From contig NW_008806285.1 in the NCBI RefSeq assembly GCF_000400465.1, forward strand, positions 307,017-339,016: a DNA stretch of 32,000 nucleotides. The letters run 5' to 3'. Origin of the DNA: Wallemia ichthyophaga EXF-994. Taxonomy: Eukaryota > Fungi > Basidiomycota. Below the pieces are notes generated by a model. The model made no database searches. It was not told the origin of the DNA and saw only the letters and a list, made by a program, of their open reading frames with translations. Both the position numbers and the translations under genes were made by a program. Below are positions 31,810-32,000 of the stretch, piece after piece. Numbering within the stretch: position 1 is the stretch's first letter; each line of letters begins with the position of its first letter.

Positions 31810-32000
31810 TTAACTTATTGTGCCTGCATGATACGCGGATTTTGTTGTGATTGGAATGCGCATTCGACTAACGCCATCCTCGTCAGCGGGGGGCAAGCGA
31901 CCACCTCGAATATTGAACTGAATAGCAGGATGAAGGAGTTTTGGTGTGTTGAGAGAACTATCTTTCTCCATTCTGAATTGAGCAAAGTGGTCCATCTTGA
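31810..32000 (-). CDS. Persulfide dioxygenase-like gene, copy 2 (3' end only; the rest lies beyond the window)
   Basis: Identical to 29000..29190 (…PKLLHPAIQFNIRGGRLPPADEDGVSRMRIPITTKSAYHAGTIS*). Confidence 0.85.
   Translation of the reverse strand, partial: KMDHFAQFRMEKDSSLNTPKLLHPAIQFNIRGGRLPPADEDGVSRMRIPITTKSAYHAGTIS

Larger units (their letters stand above)
29970..32000. repeat. Tandem segmental duplication, unit 2 (runs off the window end)
   Basis: Matches 27160..29190. The only difference I found is C27820 versus A30630. Confidence 0.97.

Noticed and set aside
27160-32000. Direct repeats as LTRs or a composite transposon
   Set aside because: The repeats abut directly, lack TG...CA termini, PBS/PPT, inverted repeats and any transposase or RT, and contain intron-bearing host genes.
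1-32000. CRISPR arrays, rRNA, tRNA or prokaryotic operons
   Set aside because: There are no regularly spaced repeats and no recognisable RNA-gene structure, and the spliceosomal introns show the DNA is eukaryotic.

Overview
Very gene-dense fungal (basidiomycete-type) chromosomal segment with short 36-64 nt GT-AG introns and intergenic gaps of often only 25-100 bp. This compactness is reminiscent of Wallemia, but the taxon is an inference. Positions 1-25433 hold about 17 mostly housekeeping genes: an LRR protein, a Mid2-like sensor, PP4 regulatory subunit R2, TRS120, centromeric H3, NSRP1-like, ELF1, PRCC-like, ALG13, a USP36/42-like deubiquitinase, AUR1, EFM4, TDP1, mitochondrial TyrRS, a Pex26-like protein, trifunctional HIS4 and a Tim17/22/23-like protein. 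After a ~1.5 kb gene-free gap, the right end is a near-perfect 2810-bp tandem repeat. It carries an Ssu1/TDT-family (sulfite efflux-like) transporter and a persulfide-dioxygenase-like metallo-beta-lactamase, a candidate amplified sulfur-detoxification module. The repeat breakpoint lies inside the 5' end of the dioxygenase ORF. The ORF track splits or mis-ends most genes because of introns; gene models below were spliced by eye. No rRNA, tRNA, CRISPR array or intact transposon was recognised.
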